This document shows, piece after piece, positions 1 to 12,594 of a DNA stretch of 64,000 nucleotides. The notes beneath the pieces are model-generated. The model was not told where the DNA came from, made no database searches, and was given only the letters and a program-made list of their open reading frames with translations. The position numbers and the translations under genes are program-made. This DNA is from Enoplolaimus lenunculus (lineage: Eukaryota): the NCBI GenBank assembly GCA_030248215.1, contig JASANG010001107.1, positions 744,001 to 808,000 on the forward strand, written 5' to 3'. Numbering within the stretch: position 1 is the stretch's first letter; the number at the start of each line of letters is the position of its first letter.

Positions 1-3000
1 AGCTGGTTCAAATATGTGCTATTAGCGGCGTTTGATTGTATAACATTAAAAAGTTTAGCAGCTGTAGTTTGAAACCTGCAATAAAGTTCGTGAGTTTGTT
101 GCACTGCGGCAACTTGATGCTTCTCTTTCAACGACTTTCGGCCACGAAGTGTTAGGAAAAGCGTTGAATAATCGTCGCATACAGACAACACCGATTGTAA
201 ATGCTTAATGATGTGACCTCCAGATTCTTCAGTCAGAAATGTATGTGCGCGCAAATCAGCCACAAAGATTGATGTTAACCGTTGTACTGTATCGAAATCG
301 CGACATTCGGACAGTTTCTTACGAAACGGATAAAACGTGCTTTCCAAAATGTCCACCTAAAACACGCAGGTACACATTTGTTTACAAATATATAAAACTA
401 CGTGGCAAATAATCCCTGACTCAAAGTTAAACACTCCTCCTGTCTCCCAGGGGCAGTATCCTATTCTCGACATGGGTCTTGACTGCTAGCAATTTGATGG
501 ACGTAGATACATATGTATAATGATTGCTCACACTCTTCATGCTACTTTATTTTGCACAATTTTTGAGTTCGAAGACATATTTTGCAACTTGATTTACGTT
601 TTGAACAAGTTTTAAACTCAGAAAGAAAAGCTCAACTCCAATGTTCAATTAAATCTGCAACAAGTCGATGTATAACTGCGAGATGGCAATAACCAATATT
701 ACTGCATTTACAGAACATTGAACAAAAACAAAATGAAAACGCACTAGCTAAAAGTCTGCTAACAAGTAGCAGTCCCGTAGTCGGAGGAGAGCCAACTGTG
801 CTAATTCCTCAGAAAACGTCGAGAGCTTCTCCAAAACGAACTAGCCCCACTTGCAAATCCCGTGCAATCGCCTCATGTCTCTCATTAGGCTGTATGTCTA
901 GCATGCTGAGTTTTCTACGGCCTAATGAATGTGTTTCAAATAACTCCTATATACGTATTCTCCACGTATTCTCCAATCAGTGTAACACCTATCACCAACT
1001 GGTGATAGGTCAAGCAACTTTTGAACCAGTGAGTGCTGAAATTCCAAATTCACCACAGCTTTGTTACGTTTGATTTGTTATACTTATTTACAAATTTTGA
1101 GATCCGCAATTGCAGGAGTTCGTTTATTTGAAACCTATCACTACCTGGTAACAGGGCTATACGCATTTGGGAATATGGGCCATTAATATTTGTTTCTGAC
1201 AAACCTGAAGGTAATACTGCAAACTATCAATGAGAAAAACCATAAACATCCGCAGTTGCCAATACCGACTATGACGACTTGCTATACGTGGATCAAACAA
1301 CTGTTTCGCAGGAACATTTTGACTTGACCAGCACACGTGCAGCCGGTGTTGCGTATAGCGAACACGAAATAAAAACGAGAAAATTTCGTTTAGTTGAGGA
1401 ATAACAACTGAATTGGTGAAAACCAGATGAAGTGGCCACACTGGACGATAAGACAATGACAAACATGCCAGCAGTGGTAACACGTTGTCTGTGCCAAGAT
1501 TTTTGCTGTCGTAGTGCTATACAAAAGAGTAAATTACAATTAGCGGCACATTCTTTAAAAATAACTGCAGAAGAGGGCAATCGAAATTGTGAACCAACAA
1601 AAATTTTGCGACCCAACAATATTTCTTAAAATCGTACATATCCCTGCTCAGTGTGAGAATTTAGCGCTGAACAAAACGTTCATGTTAACAAGTGGATAAT
1701 TTATACATGAAGACAACATTAGCTGTTGCGCGCGTACTAAAGAACGGGTTAAAATTACTTTAGAGCCATTCTCTAATATTTTTAATAAACCAGAGCAAAA
1801 TATTACAATACAACAAGATTGAAAAAACAAAAAATACTGAATTCAGTGAACGTACCAATCGCGATTTGGTGGTAGTAACAGTGATCGAAAACAGCTCGAA
1901 CACTTTATCGTCAACATTGTACACCGAACTTGCTGCAGCGTTAAATGCATGCAAAATTTCAGAAATAGAAACCTGCAATAAGCAATATAGTATTTACGAT
2001 AATAATGTTATGCACAAATACATAGCTAGTTATGAGAAAATAATATACGGCTTATATTACCAAAATTCGCCTGCTCAGAGGGGCAAGTTTATGTAACGAG
2101 AACATGTAAAAACAACATGCACACAAAGCTAGTTTTATCCTAAAACTGTTTCAGAAAACATGCAGCTGTGTTCAACGTCCAAGCAGCAAATTCTCGACAC
2201 ATAACTTGCATACTTGAACAAAACTTTAAAACACCCAGTATTTCACTTGCTTTTCGCCCAAGACAGAACCATAATGTTATCACACATCTTGAACCAAAAA
2301 TTAATTCATAGACTAAAACCAAAATTACTCAACGAACTACTCCACTGCAAATTAAACAGCAACCAACAATTCACTTCCTTACACTATTTGCAGGTTTCAT
2401 AAGCGTATTGGCTGTTTGTTCAATAAACGCCTCAAATAATTCACCTCGGCCAAGCAAAAACAAATCTTTAACGAGATCAATATTTGCCAGCAAATTATAC
2501 TGCAGGGTATGCGTTTCAATGATCGACGGTTTTGTTGGCTTAGGATCAGCTAGTACGGTTGAATGTGCTTGCGCATGTGGCAAAATAATTCGGCACAAAT
2601 TTTTTGAAAGCTCAATACGAATATCTTCAATGGCGTATTCCAGACTTAATGGATCGAATGGTATATGCTCTGAATCACGATTATTCACAGAATAAGCGTC
2701 ACAACGAGGAAAACATTCTTCAAGTTTATGACGAACAAAACTTTCGTGTTCGTTCATACTAAACGAAAGCTGTTGTTTTTGTTCTTGTTGTTGCATTTTT
2801 GTAACCTAAATTACTTAATAATATGGTGTATAACTAACCTATAAATAGCAGTATATATGAGCATAAGTTGTAGTTTCAGGCAGCGCAATGTCCTAAACGT
2901 ATTGCGTGCATGGGATATTAAAGCGAAATAGAAGATATAGGATAATTATTACACTATTTTGCAGTATTACTGTAATATGCAATTATGTATATATTCACAT

Positions 3001-6000
3001 ATACGGCTTTCAAAATTTTATTCAGAAGATAGATAAGCAATTCCTAGGGCTGATACAACAGCGAATTTAGTATTGCATTGAAAACAATGACAAGATGTCT
3101 TCAAAGTATAATCACAAAATAGGTACAACACAGATAGGCTTTGTAACAGTGACACTGAATGACAGTTTTATTTAAAAGCGTCCGACTGTGTAACTCCGAA
3201 TTGCTAGTAAAATCAGCAACAACACAAACTAAGCATTTTCGTAAGACCTCACCGTATTTTTGAGAACAAATTTTCTTCTTTCTTATTTCAGTTTTCTACT
3301 TTTCTATCAAAGTTGTGGTGAAGACAGGCATCCAGGGTGCAACCGGAATTCCGTTTCCGGTATTTTTCACTATCCGTTTCCCGTAATAAATCCGGTATTT
3401 TTTCACAAGAATTTTCAAGTATTTTCGGTATTTAAAATTTTTCTCATTCGAAAATTTAAGAAAAATTGGCATGTTATTCTAACTTATTTTTCGAAAATTA
3501 TCATGTGCGTGTATTACCAAAATTTTTAATTTGTGTCATACTCCATAATTCATCATACGGTTCCAGCTACTGCATTTGTTTCAGGAGTTTGGCACTCTAA
3601 ATGGTGTGATTACCCCAGAATAACGATAAAATTGCGTTAAAATAAATTTATTTTTTGTTTTCCGGTTCCGGCGGTATTTTTTAACTTTCCCGGTTCCGGT
3701 ATTTTATAATTCCAGTTGCACCGTGCAGGCATCTATCAAAATTTGGCTTGCATCCAAATAACTTACATCAGGATATTGTCTTTTTGACGACCAATGCACA
3801 AAAATTTGTATTATTTCTCCGCAAAATAATACACGCTCTGCAGTTTGTTTCGAAATATATGACGGAAGATGCATTTCCACTATATGATATTTGCTAATTG
3901 TCAATGGGCCGCCGGGCGGTTCGGAACTCTGCCTTGACCACCGTTTTCCGACAGAGACTGATTGCTAAAATTTTTTAAAACAGAAAACATCCCTTGTGGA
4001 TACAGTAAAGTTTTTCTTAGTTCCCAAAAACATCTAAGCTAAATTGTTATATCAAAATATCCGTTCAAAAAGCAAAGCAAACTTACTCTAGTAGTATCAA
4101 TAAGATATCGTCATCTCATTCTACATAAACAGTAAAGTCCTTTTAAGCTATCCGTTTACTACGTGATGTAGAAACAAACTTGCAACAACCTGTTGCTGCT
4201 TTCCGTTTACATCAGTTTGTAAATCGATGAAGAAATCACATCTGCTATTTGGCAAACATCCCCTTGAAAGCCAACTTAAATAGAAAAAACAGCTAACCAC
4301 AGTATAACATGCAACTCAAAATACGGCAGGTTTTCGGTACGTCTACATCGTTCTATGATTTTAGTTTTCGGCAATCGTGTTACCTCACACATTCAGGACG
4401 TGTGTAGCCAGAGGGAAAGGGGGTTCAGACCTTCAATCCAAAAGGATTAAGTACTAAAATTACGTGTAACTATTTAGGAATTCATCAAAATATACTCATT
4501 GCTGCAAGTATTGGTATCCGAGACCCTAGCAATTAAAAATACTGGCAACGTGTCTGCACACATTCTAGTATTTTTTATCCCAAAATCGCAATGGTTATTG
4601 AAAGGATCAGCGCACCAATGATGAGAGATTATCACTGTGTAAAAACAAAACAAAATAAATTAGCATTGAGGTCCTTAAGTCTTAACACATCTTTGTTTTA
4701 CAAACCTTAATAAATGCTGCTGTAATACGGTGTGACACTTCTTCAGAAGTTGATCATAAGCACTATTGATTGTTGGCAACCCGGATTGCGAATGTGCCCA
4801 AACGATCTTAAAACAGATCTACATATGTAATTATGAAAAATCACTGCTGACCCATACACAACATAAATACACGAACTGCTTAATAGTTCTCTTTAGCAAA
4901 TCTTCATCAAAAACGTCAATCCGTATTGGTTTCCTAATATTGAAACTAAAAATTTCAGACTGCTTTAAATGTACGCTTAGTTGTTGTATCTACGACACCT
5001 ATAACATTTTGCTACAATTGTGACCTACTTGTAAAATTTGGCATCCTTGAGCGTTTGATTGAGTAATAACAGAAATTGTTGCGACAAGTTGAGGAAATAA
5101 CACTTCATAGTCAGCAAGTGAATACAAAACATATGCCAGCGACACTAAATTATGATCGGCCATCAATTCCGACTGTAACTTGGTCAAAACGCTTCGGTAC
5201 TTGGCAAGTATACCTGTAATAGTGCGACAAAATTCACACTAGCGCTACTATTTAAACAAGCAATGTTGTGCAACCAGAATTCGGTTTGAAATTTTCATGC
5301 TCACAATCTAAAATTGTTGCTCTTGGACCAATTTGTTCTTACTTTCAATATCTCAATTTAAACATTTGCAATGATTTGCAATATTTCAAAGTTACTTTAC
5401 ATACAAACTAACAGAAGTGCCTTGAGCTGTAACCAAAAGGCACCAGTCAACGAATTCTGAATGGACTTACCAATGTAGTGGACCAAAGTAAGCTCAGTTA
5501 CGAACAACGGCAATTTGGAACTTTCAAAACATGAAAGAATTAGTTTTTATAATAGCCAATCAGTTAAAACGACATACAAACATTTTAGACATCTCAAAAA
5601 ACCAAAACATACTGGTATTACTGTCAAGATTTCGAAAGACAGTGTTTCCAATCGCAGAACCGAGTACATCTCTTATCTTTTTATACATAATTATACCGAC
5701 AAAAATGTGCGCAGTTACACAATAATCAAGAGAATAAAAATTGCAATTTACCATCCAATCCATTACAGAACGCAGACATATAGATACTAACATTCTTATT
5801 GTTTGCTGTTGTGGCTGAATTCAAAACTACACTTGCATGAGCGAAGGCACCATACTCTCGAGCAAAGTCTTCTATTCTATAACAGAACATTATATCAAGA
5901 AATAAACAGGATCCAACGCAGACAGGTGTCGCAGTTGCAAGAGTTAACAAATTTGCAACAATATTCTAATATATGTTACGAGCCCACTCCAATTTTCGAG

Positions 6001-6394
6001 CATAATCGCTAACGAGCTGTAATGTTTTATATTTCAGTTCAAATATTGCAGCCACTATGGCTAGTTTAGTTTATCTATAATGCAAGCCACTACTAATGCG
6101 TATGTTAATATATTAAAATATTACAGAAACATATACGCATCGAACGGTGAGCATTTAATATCACGTAACGTTAAGGTTTTTACACTATATACCATTGATA
6201 AGCGAACCTATAATGTTAACTCACCGGCAATAACAATTTGCTATTAATCGAAGTTTTTCAAGCAACTGTTTTTCCGATGGATGCAGCAAACGTATATTAG
6301 AATTCATTATCAGCTCTTGCTCACCATCTGTAGTTTGCAACTGAAAAATCGTGCCGGAATGGCCTTGTAGTGATAATAGCAATTCTGTTATCAT
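1..6394 (-). CDS. TUBGCP4: Gamma-tubulin complex component 4 (multi-exon; 3' end beyond left window edge)
   Basis: Hand-spliced GT-AG exons at approximately 6225-6394, 5752-5876, 5029-5213, 4706-4806, 4190-4274, 3767-3964, 2383-2805, 1856-1972, 1205-1516 and <1-356. Peptides MITELLLSLQGHSGTIF...LLHPSE, IYMSAFCNGLD, QGCQIL, LPSYISKQTAERVLFCGE, LVKDLFLLGRGELFEAFI, LSLSYRPVWPLHLVFT and WQLRMFMVFLIDSLQYYLQVDILES match recalled GCP4 motifs. Confidence 0.93.
3333..3725. mobile_element. hAT-type MITE (CAGGGTGCAACCGG TIR family)
   Basis: TIRs CAGGGTGCAACCGGAATT / AATTCCAGTTGCACCGTG; perfect 8-bp TSD CAGGCATC. Confidence 0.9.
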
Positions 6395-8199
6395 GATAGC
6401 TTAGAGTAACTTATTGTGTGTTCTGAAACAGTATATGCGTGGATGAAACAAACGATTTCATTTATAAAAAGGCAAAATTCTAGTTAACGTTATAAAAGTT
6501 AAATTCACAAACTATGGCAAATTATCATTTTTGTTACAGATAAAAACAAAAAAATCAGGAGTACCCGCCACCGGTAGTCTGCTATTCCATGACTGCATTT
6601 TGAGCAGGCTCCTTAAGTCCATGGTAAATGGCCTCAGCAAAGTACGGCTCCATTTTAGAGGGGTTCCGTTGCCTGCAGAACCAGTAGTCATAAAAGGTGT
6701 TTTCCTTGTTACTTTGATAGGTGAATCATTTCTTAGCGTGACTATAATAGAGTAAGCTCAAGCTTCAGACTATTTTCTGCTTAGGCTTAGTTATACGCTT
6801 ATCCTTATGCTTAGGAATATGCTTATCCTATTGTTACGCACCATCAAAGTAGCACTGGCCAGAGGTGGAGCAACGAGTGAAAAGCTATTAACCAGTCGTA
6901 GTGGGAACACATGTATTGAGCGAAACTCGACCACACTTAAGCTATTAAGGTAATATGCAAATTAGTATTATGCATCTTCCACATTAATTTAGGTACACCG
7001 TGTGGAAAATTGCATCGCCCAATGACAACTACTGTGTGCTAGTTTACGTTTTTTTCAATGACATCTGCTTTTCATAATAAATTGTTCAAAACGTACAATG
7101 TTCGATGTTTTTACCACCGGCTTGTTTATTTATTGTTTACGCAAAATTACACGTCAATGCTTGTTAAGAGCTGAACTTTTTGATGACTGTCCGACGATTA
7201 CCCCCAATATTTATTTTGCCCGACGACAGATACCTTTCTTAATTTCAATCGACCGACGACACGTGCTCTATTTGGAACCTATAGTACGTGTCCTCGGCAG
7301 TGCTTCCTAATGCACCTGCTGACAACTGCTATACAGAGATTAATATGAGCAGCTGTAGACGATAAAAAGGCCACGCGGACACATAAACTAAATTTTTATT
7401 TGTATATCCAGTTAAGTATATATTTTTCCTTCGTACTTGGGCTATGGTAGAATCGGCTATTAAAAGAAGACGTACGCCCGAAGGGCAAATCCGAAACCAG
7501 AGGGGGCACGCAATGTGTTTTCCGGTTCAGGTTTTCCGAGCTAGGATTCAGGCGCAACCGGGATGAAAAGACCCCGAAAAGGGGCAGGTTAAAAACGCAA
7601 CGTGCACTGGGCACATTCTTTTCTACATAGAATTTTACCCAGTTGTACACTCTTGTTGAAACCATTGTTTATACCCTTGAGTTCAATGGATACGCTCTAT
7701 TGTTTAAAAATCTCGGCAATTTTTCCTCTTGCAAGTTTGCACGCTTTCCCGGTGGCCTACAGCGCATGTTTAAAAACGAAGTGGTGGGTGAGAGCAAATT
7801 GTATATTTTAAAAACCTGTTTTTCTTCCTGGGCTTCGGCAGGGAGCACTAGAGGTGAACAACAAAATGGAACACGCAGCCAAAGTAAAGAGATCAACAAA
7901 ATTTGCCAGAGCCCGAGGTGAACGAAATTTGCCGGAGCCAGAGGTTGATTGTCTGCCAAAGCCAGAATGCAGACCTCCGCTTGCACCGAGTTTTCAAACA
8001 TTGTCTACGCAGCAAGAACCGTTTCCTGGCAGTCTCAATATTAAAAAAATTCTATGTGCTTCACAATAATTTGGCAGACAGTGAACACCTATTCAGTACA
8101 ATCCGTGGTTTGTGAAATGTTACATTTTCGCTAAAAAACCTTTGCAGGACCACCTTTTTTGGGAAAAGAAAAGACTGAAAACCCGGTTTTTAACCGAAG

Positions 8200-8367
8200 A
8201 ACTTTTATGCTTAAGCGTATTTCCAAGCCTAAGCCTAACGCTAAGCGTTGCAAAAGCGTATTTCTAAGCCTAAGCCGAAGCTTAAGCAAAAAATTGTAAT
8301 CTAGAATCTAAACGCACTCTTTTATAGACCCCCAGAAACCTTTACGCCCCTTAAAGTAACATGGGCC
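8200..8367. repeat. CTAAG(C)-subrepeat MITE-like family
   Basis: Arrays of CCTAAG/CTTAGG ending in TTACGCCCC...TAACATGG; related copies near 6617-6830, 9145-9281 and 9980-10100 in both orientations. Confidence 0.6.
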
Positions 8368-9295
8368 ATACGTTTTAAATAAAAATAACGCATATGAATT
8401 TTGTTTTTAATATTTGAAATTCAAAATTTTAGCAAAACAACTACACAAAATGCCTTTCCTACCTACTACAGCAATTCTTAATATATATACATATATATAT
8501 TTATATATATGCATATATATACAGTAGGATTGTACCGGTGTAGTTCAGTTGTTCATTAATATTATATGTATATATACCCTGGAAATACCAGAACACCATC
8601 AGAATTGTTTGAAAAACCAGCAAAGTTTTTTTAGTATATTTTTTATTGATTGGGACTCAAAATGTGCACCCTCTCTTTTATTCGGGCCACTAGAGCACGT
8701 AACTTCTGTTTTTTAGAGCCCAAAGCCCTAAATAAAAAAATCACTATTTCCCATTTTGTGAGGCACCGGTTCTGTTTTTAACCCTCCAATCTTTCCTGGA
8801 ATTGTTGAAACCCACATTGTATGTTTTCTCCACCGGTTTGAACCGGAACCAGAATTTGAAAAAAACCGGAAACGGAACAATGAAATATATTTTTAAAACC
8901 AAATCAAAAATACCGGAACCGGCATTCCGGTTGCACCCTGATATATTAAAAAAGAATGCGGCCGTGTTTAGGTTTGCCCGCCCACACCTTAAAAGTCCAG
9001 GCTTTGTAAAAGATGCACAAGGAACTCGCAACTGAAGTTTCAGCCGGCCAATGTTAGACAGGGGCGGAACAGTAAAAGTAATTCCTAAACCTAAGGCTAA
9101 GCGTAGAATGAACGTATATATTTCGGCCAATGCTATACTTTTTTAAGGGGCGTAACAGTTGATTAACCGTATTCCTAAGCCTAAGCTTACGCCTAAGCTT
9201 TGCAAAAATGAGTTCCTAAGTGTAAGCCTAAGACTAAGAGATCCACCAGAAACCTAGACGCCCCTTTAAATAACATGGACCTATATTTCTAAGCC

Positions 9296-9796
9296 AAAAA
9301 TGCCTTTCTGTAGTATTTAACTCCTTGAAAAACAATGTTGGCCATCATCACCAACCATCTGTCAAAATGTGCTACAGTTGTCCACCTGCATATCGAACGT
9401 CTACAGCAACGTCATTTTTAAAATTTCAGACGGACGGAAAACATTTTATAGTGTAAGCGGATGAAGAAATAGAAGTGATATTGGGATCAAGACTCAGATA
9501 TATATAGTTTGCACACAGTGAGCTAAGGCTTTTCTACAGCTTTTCGTTTTTAAAGATACAAATCTTGCCGGAGACGGAGGTAGAGTTTGGCACACAAACT
9601 TGCTTTCTGTTAAAAAGCAACATTGGTGCATCCGCTTACACTATAAAATGTTTTCCGTCCATCTGAAATTTTAAAAATGACGTTGCTGTAGACGTTCGAT
9701 ATGCAGGTGGACAACTGTAGCACATTTTGACAGATGGTTGGTGATGATGGCCAACATTGTTTTTCAAGGAGTTAAATACTACAGAAAGGCATTTTT
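9296..9796. repeat. 168-bp near-perfect inverted repeat (arms 9296-9463 and 9629-9796)
   Basis: Direct reverse-complement comparison, one mismatch seen. Confidence 0.95.
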
Positions 9797-12594
9797 AAAA
9801 TTTCAGACGGACGGAAAACATTTTATAGTGTAAGCGGATGCACCAATGTTGCTTTTTAACAGAAAGCAACATTGGTGCATCCGCCCATTTATAAAACTGG
9901 GCCGGAAACAACCGGATTCCTAAAGCCTAAGCAAGTCAAAGGTTTCGTAGGCGAAGTAGGCGGGCGGGAAGTCGGTGGGTCTAGTAGGTTTAGATTCTAG
10001 ACATTTTTTGCTTAGACTTTAAGCTTAGGCTTAGGCAGCACAGTTCTGCAACGCGTAAACTTTAGACCAGGTTTTAGGAATACGATTTTACGCCCCTATG
10101 GCCCTTTTCCAAAAAGTTTTGTCTATGTTTACGCCCCTACAATGTAACCAATCGCACAAAAAGTACATAGCATACATATGTTGGGGTTACAGGACTGCAG
10201 TACGAAGCCGTCAACATCTCTACATTTTTCTTCTCTTTGTATACAATGACTAATAAAGAAAAACCAATAGGCAGTTGTCAACCAGCATTTTCAAAAAACA
10301 TAAACTGTAAAGAAGAGCAGTTCTTAAGTATTCAGATGACAGCTACTGTTTTTAAAATTTGGGTAGTTGTAATTGGAAACTAAAACAAATGTAAAAATTT
10401 AAAAAAATTTAGTAGCACTACTTGCTATTTTTGAAACAGCAAAAGTAGTTGTCATTGGGCGATGCAATTTTCCACCCCGTGTACCTAAATTAACCCCTTC
10501 TCACATTGAGTTGCCTGTAGGCAACTAAGCGCAGTGATGAGATTAACACACTACGACAACTTGTTTTCAAATAAAAAGTTTATCCAAATCGATTCAGCGC
10601 CTCCTGATTCTTTTCTGACGAACATCCACCTATTAAACCAAAGTACAAACCATACAACACTATGCGAAGCTCTCGTTGAGTTCCGCTTCGCTCAAAAACT
10701 TATTTCCAAACCATGGCAGGTTTTGTTTGATAAGGTTAGCAGAACCCTGAAAAATTAAATGTTAATAATCTTTCGATGATTGGAATTACGACCTTTAATG
10801 TTAATGGTCTGGTACCTACAGCCACTGTTTTCAGGCTATGCTTTTTTCTCTCGTTAAAATTTGTAATTTGGACCAAGCGGAGGACCAAACACTCTACGTG
10901 CCCAAAAACCAAAACGAATACAAGTGATATTGCCCTAAAAATAATCTACATTAACGTAAAGCTTTTACTTTAAATGTATGTATGACGATAGTTCAGAAAT
11001 CAAAATAAAAGGCAAAAAAGCGTTTCAGTCACAAAAATCAATTACCTAAAAAATACTGTCTACGAACGTATATTGGAAAAGTGTTGACAATATTCACAAA
11101 CTTAAACCTCAAACTCTTCGTATCAATTTATATGACGATTTTACGCTAAATTTAGATATATAAAATGTTACAAAGCAGCTCGAATCTAAAATTCAGTTCA
11201 CTCATGCTTTTTGAAAGCTGTTGGACATTCTTGAAATTTAAATTTTTAGTTTTTGTAAGCTTTCTGCTGTGTTAAAGTGACAAATACGGCCTATCGCTTG
11301 AATTTTGTCGTAACACGAGTTTTGATTACGGCAAACGCGCAAGTAAATCGTTGGAAGTCAAAAAGTTTTCAGTATACAATTACATAATATACATAATTCA
11401 TGGCACAATCATGCACTGCCAAATAGCACTAGCCGTAAAATTTGCTACACTGCTGAGTATTCTTGGAACTAGTTGCGCTTTCTACTCCTAATTATAAGCC
11501 TCAGATTTATCCAGCGCTTAAATCAATACACAAAGCCAGTTCACCATTTTTACAGTCATCACAAAGCAAGCACTTTGAATTTTCTCTCAAAATTTCAACT
11601 CCTGTTGTCCGCCGCTAAGTTCTTATACAACGACATAACCGGTATACTAATTCAGTTCGCAGAAAAATAATTTGACATGAGAAACCTGTAAAAATAGTTT
11701 GAGCGCATTATGCCTCCAATTTCTTTAACATCTCCTTAATATCAGTTTTTCATATTCATCTGTGATTGCACCGTGAAGAAGTTTACAACGAGATGCGACA
11801 CAGTGGTAGAAAACGGAACTTAGTTTGAAATAAGATTTTAAACAATGTGTGCTTATGGAAAATTTGTAATTGCAATTTTAAAACGGTAGAAATGGGGTAA
11901 TTAATCCATTGTCACTGTAATACGCTTTGTAAAGAATTTTCAGTTCCTGATTACTTTAAAACAAATTTATTCCATTTCAGACTGCCCACAAATTTATTAA
12001 AATCTATACCTGATCATACTGAAATTAACTAAATTACACTTCAAATTACGATATTATAGTAGATCCACTGGGTAACACCATTCAGTCTGTGTACGCTTCT
12101 ATTGTCTAGCGTCAATTTGCACTCACGAATTCGTAATTTCAGCAAATATTCCAATTTCTACGTACGCTTAAAATTTTTTATATTTAACGTCAAAATCTGT
12201 ATACACATCCCAAAAATCAATTGAATCGCAGACTACGCATAATTAAACTATATTTAATTACTCAATACGTGCACTGTTACAAAAACACTATCCTGGTAAA
12301 TAAATGTTATGAATTGTTGTTATTAATAGGCTTTTTGTGAATTCAAACTAAAACAATTGATTTTCTGCTATTCGTTTATACTGGCAGTCAGTTTAGAAAC
12401 TGAATTTAATCAATTACTCCGCTGTTGCGAATTGAAAATGAAAGTAATGATTAGTTTCTCATCGGGTAAATTTATTAAAATTTTAAAAATTTAGTTACAA
12501 GCTACAAATTGAAATAATAATTTAGACGATTAGTCGGAATGGCCCAAAAGCTTCCATTCAGAAAGCACTTTTGGCTACACATTCGGTATGTAGA

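Larger units (their letters stand above)
6990..10487. mobile_element. 3.5-kb TIR DNA transposon remnant (TAG...CTA termini, Academ-like; family tentative)
   Basis: ~42-bp TIRs TAGGTACACCGTGTGGAAAATTGCATCGCCCAATGACAACTACT / AGTAGTTGTCATTGGGCGATGCAATTTTCCACCCCGTGTACCTA, flanked by AATT on both sides; no intact transposase seen. Confidence 0.7.

Noticed and set aside
4087..4120. Extra GCP4 micro-exon with AG/GT borders
   Set aside because: Stops in all three frames, and the flanking exons already join in phase.
7430..8115. Transposase remnant (e.g. VKRSTKFARARGER, faintly Harbinger/ISL2EU-like)
   Set aside because: Similarity is too short and broken across frames to support without a search.
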